DNA of 49,068 nucleotides from a bacterium (GTDB taxonomy: Bacteria > Myxococcota_A > Bradymonadia > UBA7976 > UBA1532): the NCBI GenBank assembly GCA_030426945.1, contig JAUHXL010000003.1, forward strand, positions 1 through 49,068. Direction: 5' to 3'. Of the stretch, positions 44,489-49,068 are shown piece after piece. The notes beneath the pieces are model-generated. The model worked only from the letters and a program-made list of their open reading frames with translations, was not told the origin of the DNA and did not search any database. The position numbers and the translations under genes were made by a program. How positions within the stretch are numbered: the stretch's first letter is position 1; each line of letters opens with the position of its first letter.

Positions 44489-45613
44489 TCAGTCGCGGAC
44501 GGCGAACCCGAAGCGCCCCACCAGCTGGCCGCCGTCGGTCTCGACGTCGATGGTCCAGACGCCGGCCTTGTCGCGGGGCAGCTGCGACTTGCGCAGGGAC
44601 GAACGCAGCCGGAGGCGCTGCGGGGTCACCTGGTCGACCTCGGGGTTCAGCCGCAGCATCTCGCGCCCGTCGAGGCGCCAGACGTGCACGAAGGCCTCGC
44701 CCGCGCCGGCCGGCGTGAAGACGTCGGTGACGGCGAGCGTGTCGCGCATCACCGAGCTGTGCAGCGCGGTCACCTCGTAGGTCAGCCGGCCGTCCGGCTG
44801 CAGCGAGGGCCCCACGGCGGCGTGCATCAGGTTCAGGGGCACCGGCGGCACCACCCGGCGACAGCCCCAGGCGCCGAGCACCGACAAGCCCGCGGTCAGC
44901 GCGAACACGGCCAGCGTCTTGGGCTGGCGCAGGGTGCGGACGGGCACGTGCAGGGTCCAGAAGGCCACCGTGGACACGAAGGCCGCCAGCAGCAGGCTCC
45001 ACGAGGCCGGCATCGGCCACAGGGCGGGGATGGCCAGGTTCAAGCACGAGAACAACGCCATCACGTAGTAGACGCTGGCGACAAGGCGCCAGCGCATCAA
45101 CACGCGGTCGAACACCAGATCCAGCGTCGCCAGCACCGTACACAGCGCCAGACCGACCACGAACCAGCGGTTGCCGGCGTCGAGGGTCGCGGTGCGCCAG
45201 TAGAAGGGCAGAAGAAAGAACAGCATCGTCTGATACAGGTTCTTCAGCAGATAGGTCATCACCAGGAAGCGCAGCTTCAGCTTGGGATCGTCCAGCTTCT
45301 GCGCCCGGCCCGAGCCGACGATGCGGAAGGTGGTCAGCAGGATCAGCCAGATGGCCACCAGCGACAGCGTCAGCCAGCGCGCGTACTGATAGCCGCGCTG
45401 GGCGAAGATGACGACGAAGACGCCCAGACCCAGGGCGTAGAACGAGTGCAGCCACCACAGCTTGCGGTGATGCTTCGCCAGCAGGGCGCGCAGGGGGCCG
45501 GGATCGCGGGCGCCGCCCGGCGCGCCCTTCGAGAGCGCCGGCAGGCCGTCCGGCGCCGTGGGCAGATCGGCGCGCGCCTCGATCTCGGCTGCCTCGGTCG
45601 GCCCGAGCCCCAT
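44489..45613 (-). CDS. Membrane protein with C-terminal DUF2914-like domain
   Basis: Multiple TM helices (WWLHS, FFLLPFYW), and C-terminal VFTP...HVWR.DG...GVWTIDVETDGGQLVGR. GGAGG RBS. Confidence 0.8.
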   Translation of the reverse strand: MGLGPTEAAEIEARADLPTAPDGLPALSKGAPGGARDPGPLRALLAKHHRKLWWLHSFYALGLGVFVVIFAQRGYQYARWLTLSLVAIWLILLTTFRIVGSGRAQKLDDPKLKLRFLVMTYLLKNLYQTMLFFLLPFYWRTATLDAGNRWFVVGLALCTVLATLDLVFDRVLMRWRLVASVYYVMALFSCLNLAIPALWPMPASWSLLLAAFVSTVAFWTLHVPVRTLRQPKTLAVFALTAGLSVLGAWGCRRVVPPVPLNLMHAAVGPSLQPDGRLTYEVTALHSSVMRDTLAVTDVFTPAGAGEAFVHVWRLDGREMLRLNPEVDQVTPQRLRLRSSLRKSQLPRDKAGVWTIDVETDGGQLVGRFGFAVRD

Positions 45614-45654
45614 GCGTCCTCCCGCGCCCTCGGGCGCTCGTCCGGCGCAGTGTG

Positions 45655-46350
45655 TCAGTCCGGCAGCGCCCAGTCGATGGGCGGCGGGTTCCGCTCGGCC
45701 AGCCACGCCTGGATCTTCGAGAAGTGGCGGCACCCCATGAAGCCGCGATGCGCCGACAGGGGCGAAGGGTGGGGCGCGCGCAGGATCAGGTGCCTTCGCC
45801 CGTCGATCATCTGGGCCTTGCGCCCGGCCGCCGATCCCCACAGCACGAACACCAGCCCGTCGCGCTGCTGCGCCAGCACCTGAATCACTCGATCCGTGAA
45901 GGTCTCCCAGCCCTGGCCGCGGTGCGAGTTGGCCTGCCGCGCGCGCACGCTGAGCACCGTGTTCAGCAGCAGCACGCCCTGCCGCGCCCAATGCGTCAGC
46001 TCGCCGTGGCGCGGGACGGGCACCCCGAGGTCGTCGTGCAGCTCCTTGAACATGTTCTGCAGCGAGGGCGGCGGCGGCACCCCCCGCCGCACGCTGAAGC
46101 ACAGGCCGTGCGCCTGCCCCGGCCCGTGGTAGGGATCCTGCCCCAGCAGCACCACGCGCACCTGATCGAAGGGCGTGTACCAGAAGGCGTTGAACATGTC
46201 CTTGCCCGGCGGGAAGACCGCGTTGCGCGCCTTCTCGCCCAGCAGGAACTCCTTGAGCTGGAACATGTACGGCTTCTGGAACTCGTCGCCGACGACGTCC
46301 AGCCAGGCGGGCGGCAGCTGGGGCTTCAGCGGGGGGACGTGGGGCTGCAT
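45655..46350 (-). CDS. ung: Uracil-DNA glycosylase, family 1
   Basis: Motifs GQDPYH, AHGLCFSV, PPSLQN, LLLNTVL and HPSPLS. Confidence 0.97.
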   Translation of the reverse strand: MQPHVPPLKPQLPPAWLDVVGDEFQKPYMFQLKEFLLGEKARNAVFPPGKDMFNAFWYTPFDQVRVVLLGQDPYHGPGQAHGLCFSVRRGVPPPPSLQNMFKELHDDLGVPVPRHGELTHWARQGVLLLNTVLSVRARQANSHRGQGWETFTDRVIQVLAQQRDGLVFVLWGSAAGRKAQMIDGRRHLILRAPHPSPLSAHRGFMGCRHFSKIQAWLAERNPPPIDWALPD

Positions 46351-46383
46351 GGCCCTCTGACTTACCCGATTGACCGCGCGATG

Positions 46384-47484
46384 TCAGCGGCCGCCGGGGC
46401 GGCCCTCGGCGCGGCGCTGGTCGGCCAGGCGCTCGTAGTGGCGGTAGCCCAGGCGATCGAGGGCGTCGCGGGGGGCGAGGCCGATGTCGACCAGGGTCTT
46501 GGTGCCGTAGGTGCCGGCCAGCACGGGCGGGCGGTAGGCGGCGACCGTCTCGGCGGTGCGGAAGGGCCCCAACGGCGTGACCACCTGGTGCGCGTGCAGG
46601 TGGACGAAGTGCGCCAACGAGCAGCGCGTGTAGCCGGGCGTCTTCGGCGGCGCGATCTCGTGGGGCGTCGCCACCAGCGCGCCGCCGGTGAGGATCTCGA
46701 GCTGCTGCCCCACCTGCACCACCAGGCAGCCGGGGGGCGCGAGGCCGCGCACGCGGCGGCCGGCGGGGGCGTCGGGCGTGGGGCGCGAGCGCAGGTACAG
46801 GCCGCCGTGCTCGTCCGGGCGCGGCGCCGGCTGGCCCTCGGGATCGTAGAACTGCCCGCCGGGCAGCAGGGTCAGCAGGTTGAAGTCGGTGTGCTCCTCA
46901 CCCCACAGGACGCCGCGCTCGACCTGCTGCGGCTTCACCGCCAGGTAGCGCAGCAGGCGGGTGACGTGGGCGCCGCCGTCGACCCGCTCGGCGAAGGTGC
47001 CCGCCGCCAGGCCCAGCGCGCGGGCGATGGCCGCCAGCACCGTCAGCCCGGTCGCGTGCAGCAGGCGCCCCATCGCCAGGTAGCGGGCCTGGAAGTCGGG
47101 CAGGCCCTCGGGCCAGACGTTGTCGGCGTAGATCTGCGGGTACTCCACCCGGCAGTCGGCGTCGACGTCGTGGGGCGCGGCGAAGTAGCACTCCTTGAAG
47201 TCGGGCTGCCCGCCGGCCAGCACCGCCTTCTCGGTGTCGGGCGGCGTCCAGCCGCGCTGGTACCACAGGTCGGCGCGGCCCAGCGGCGCCTTCTGCTCGA
47301 GCGGGCGCTCGGTCAGCGCGATGAAGTCGGCGTAGAGGGCCAAGAGCGCCGCGCGGTCGAGGTCGAGGCCGCGCACGTGCACCAGCCCGTAGGTGCCCAG
47401 GGCATCGACCAGGCTGCGATCGGCGGCGGCGTCGGCGGACTCGAGGGCGGTGAGATCGACGACGGGGATGTCGGCTTCGGCCAT
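46384..47484 (-). CDS. Isopenicillin N synthase family 2OG-Fe(II) dioxygenase
   Basis: Motifs IPVVDL, RGW, LLRY, HTD, TPH and RCS (HxD...H...RxS). Confidence 0.9.
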   Translation of the reverse strand: MAEADIPVVDLTALESADAAADRSLVDALGTYGLVHVRGLDLDRAALLALYADFIALTERPLEQKAPLGRADLWYQRGWTPPDTEKAVLAGGQPDFKECYFAAPHDVDADCRVEYPQIYADNVWPEGLPDFQARYLAMGRLLHATGLTVLAAIARALGLAAGTFAERVDGGAHVTRLLRYLAVKPQQVERGVLWGEEHTDFNLLTLLPGGQFYDPEGQPAPRPDEHGGLYLRSRPTPDAPAGRRVRGLAPPGCLVVQVGQQLEILTGGALVATPHEIAPPKTPGYTRCSLAHFVHLHAHQVVTPLGPFRTAETVAAYRPPVLAGTYGTKTLVDIGLAPRDALDRLGYRHYERLADQRRAEGRPGGR

Positions 47485-47680
47485 CGGAAGGGGCCTCCTG
47501 GGGTGACGGGCGCGCGGAGTATAGTCGCGCCGATCATCGGGTGCCACGGCCCGGAACGCTTCGGGGCCCTCCACCTCGGGCGCCCCCGCCCCTGGGCCGT
47601 CGCCGGGCGCGCGTAAGAACCGGTCGCGCGGGGCGTCAGGCGCTGCCGAACGGTGAGGAAGACGGGCAGGAGGTGAGGCG

Positions 47681-48790
47681 ATGAGGGGTGGCTCGGTGAT
47701 CGGCGCGGCGGCGCTGGTGGTCTCGGCGCTCGCGTGCGGGGGATGTCGGGAGCAGGCGGGCGACGACGCGGCCGTCGACGGGGCGATGGGCGCCGGCGGC
47801 GGGCCGGACGGCGGGGGCGCGATGGGGGCCGGCGGCGTCGGCGGCGTCGGGCCGGGAGGCCTCGGGGCCGGCGGGGCGGGGGCTGGCGGGCTCGGCGAGG
47901 GCGGCCTCGCGGCCGGGGGCGGGTCGGGCGGCGTTCCCAATGAGCCGCCGTACGACGACACATGCTACATCGACAACTTCTGCCCCTTCGTCTCGGTGTG
48001 CGAACTCGGCCACGACCCCACGGTCCTCGAGTGCTTCCTCACGGACTGCGACGCCGGCTACGACAACCCCTGCCGGATGCCGTGCTCGGGCGCCAGCCAC
48101 GAGTTCTTCGAGCGCGCGTGCGGCGGCGACAGCGTCTGCGTGCCGCGATACGCGGAATACGACCCCCGCTTCAGCGACCCGGTCAGCGTAGGGGCGCGAA
48201 ATTGGGAGGCCGCCGAGTGCTGGTCGATCGACGCCGTGTGCGGCGGGCCCGAGGCGCGCCGGTGTCCCGAGGGGACCGTCTGCGAGGCGCTGCCCCACGC
48301 GGGGACGAACGGCTGCGACTACCTGGCGCGCGGCGGCTTCGGGCGGTGCGTCGCGCTGCCCGACTGCGCGGTCGAGACGCCGCTGGCCGAGGCCGGGCTC
48401 TGCGCCTGCGACGGGCAGGCGTACCCGTCGGTGTGCGCGGCGGCCGCGGCGGGTGTCGCGGTCGAGCCCTCCCGGGACCCGTGGGAGCGCGGCGAGGTCC
48501 CCGCCTCACGCTGCGAGGCGCTCGACGCGGCCGCGGGTGTCCCCGGCGCCCGGCTAACCGCGCCGTCGGTGCCCGGCTGCGCGTACGCAAGCGATTGCGC
48601 CTGCGATCACGCCTGCGTCGAGGGCGTCTGCGTGCGCAAGGCCGATCCCTTCGAGTGCGCGCCCGACGGAGACACGCCGTCGTGCTACCCCGGCACCTGC
48701 GGGGGCGTCACCCTCACCGGCGTCTGCCTGCCACCCCCGCCGGAGGCGCCGGCCGGCACGCCGGGGCGCTGCGAGCGCGCCGACGAGTAA
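47681..48790 (+). CDS. Cys-rich lipoprotein with Gly-rich linker and Kazal-like module
   Basis: GGAGGTGAGG RBS, lipobox ACGGC, Kazal-like CACDGQAYPSVCAA, and many Cys. Confidence 0.75.
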   Translation: MRGGSVIGAAALVVSALACGGCREQAGDDAAVDGAMGAGGGPDGGGAMGAGGVGGVGPGGLGAGGAGAGGLGEGGLAAGGGSGGVPNEPPYDDTCYIDNFCPFVSVCELGHDPTVLECFLTDCDAGYDNPCRMPCSGASHEFFERACGGDSVCVPRYAEYDPRFSDPVSVGARNWEAAECWSIDAVCGGPEARRCPEGTVCEALPHAGTNGCDYLARGGFGRCVALPDCAVETPLAEAGLCACDGQAYPSVCAAAAAGVAVEPSRDPWERGEVPASRCEALDAAAGVPGARLTAPSVPGCAYASDCACDHACVEGVCVRKADPFECAPDGDTPSCYPGTCGGVTLTGVCLPPPPEAPAGTPGRCERADE

Positions 48791-48798
48791 GGCCCGCC

Positions 48799-48818
48799 CC
48801 GCCCGCGCCGGCGGTTTT
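48799..48818 (+). terminator. Possible weak intrinsic terminator
   Basis: CCGCC-6 nt-GGCGG hairpin followed by TTTT, just after the stop at 48790. Confidence 0.3.
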
Positions 48819-48877
48819 GGGTTGATCCGGGGGGGTGGGGGGTGGCTACCGTGCTCGGCCCGAGGTCAGGAGGTCAG

Positions 48878-49068
48878 ATGCGCGGCAGGACGTTGAGGGT
48901 GGCGGTGGCGCTGGTGGTGCTGGCGGCGTGGGGCTGCGACGACGGCGGCAGCGGCGACGACGGCGCGGGGGGCGCGGGCGGCGGCGCCGACGCGGCGGTC
49001 GGCGCCGGCGGATCGCCGGGCATGGGTGGGGCGCCCGGCGTCGGCGGCGCGCCCGGCATGGGCGGGGC
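48878..49068 (+). CDS. 5' part (3'-truncated) of a Gly-rich lipoprotein
   Basis: AGGAGG RBS, then MRGRTLRVAVALVVLAAWGC-DDGGSG... and GMGGAPG repeats. The frame runs off the window. Confidence 0.8.
   Translation, partial: MRGRTLRVAVALVVLAAWGCDDGGSGDDGAGGAGGGADAAVGAGGSPGMGGAPGVGGAPGMGG

Noticed and set aside
790-48825. Numerous long overlapping ORFs (e.g. 4877-7639 minus, 11596-13998 minus, 18674-21511 minus, 34780-37284 minus)
   Set aside because: These are Arg/Ala/Gly/Pro-rich shadow frames caused by stop-codon scarcity at very high GC. They overlap motif-supported genes and have no family motifs.

Overview
This is a very GC-rich (roughly 75% by eye), gene-dense bacterial window of about 43 genes. 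It is most consistent with Myxococcota, based on a MYXO-CTERM-like sorting signal, an AgmK-like TPR protein, DUF4388 domains and many Cys/Gly-rich lipoproteins. I found no rRNA, tRNA, CRISPR array, transposase or integrase. Most long ORFs in the track are GC-driven shadow frames, and several real starts lie downstream of the track starts. The standout is a six-gene + strand operon (14743-23819): a Upf1/DNA2-like SF1 helicase, an uncharacterised protein, a degenerate PLD-like/coiled-coil protein, then a TerY-P triad (vWA, PP2C, Ser/Thr kinase). It is a candidate phosphorylation-switched defence or stress system. Other notable items are a thermolysin-type peptidase whose propeptide is a separate secreted gene, a 68-aa mini-protein resembling the GyrA/ParC N-terminal winged-helix region, a recurrent Cys-Asp-Asp lipoprotein N-terminus, a fused IPCT/DIPPS-like enzyme and a degenerate ThiD-like protein. 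All family calls come from reading motifs by eye; no searches were run.
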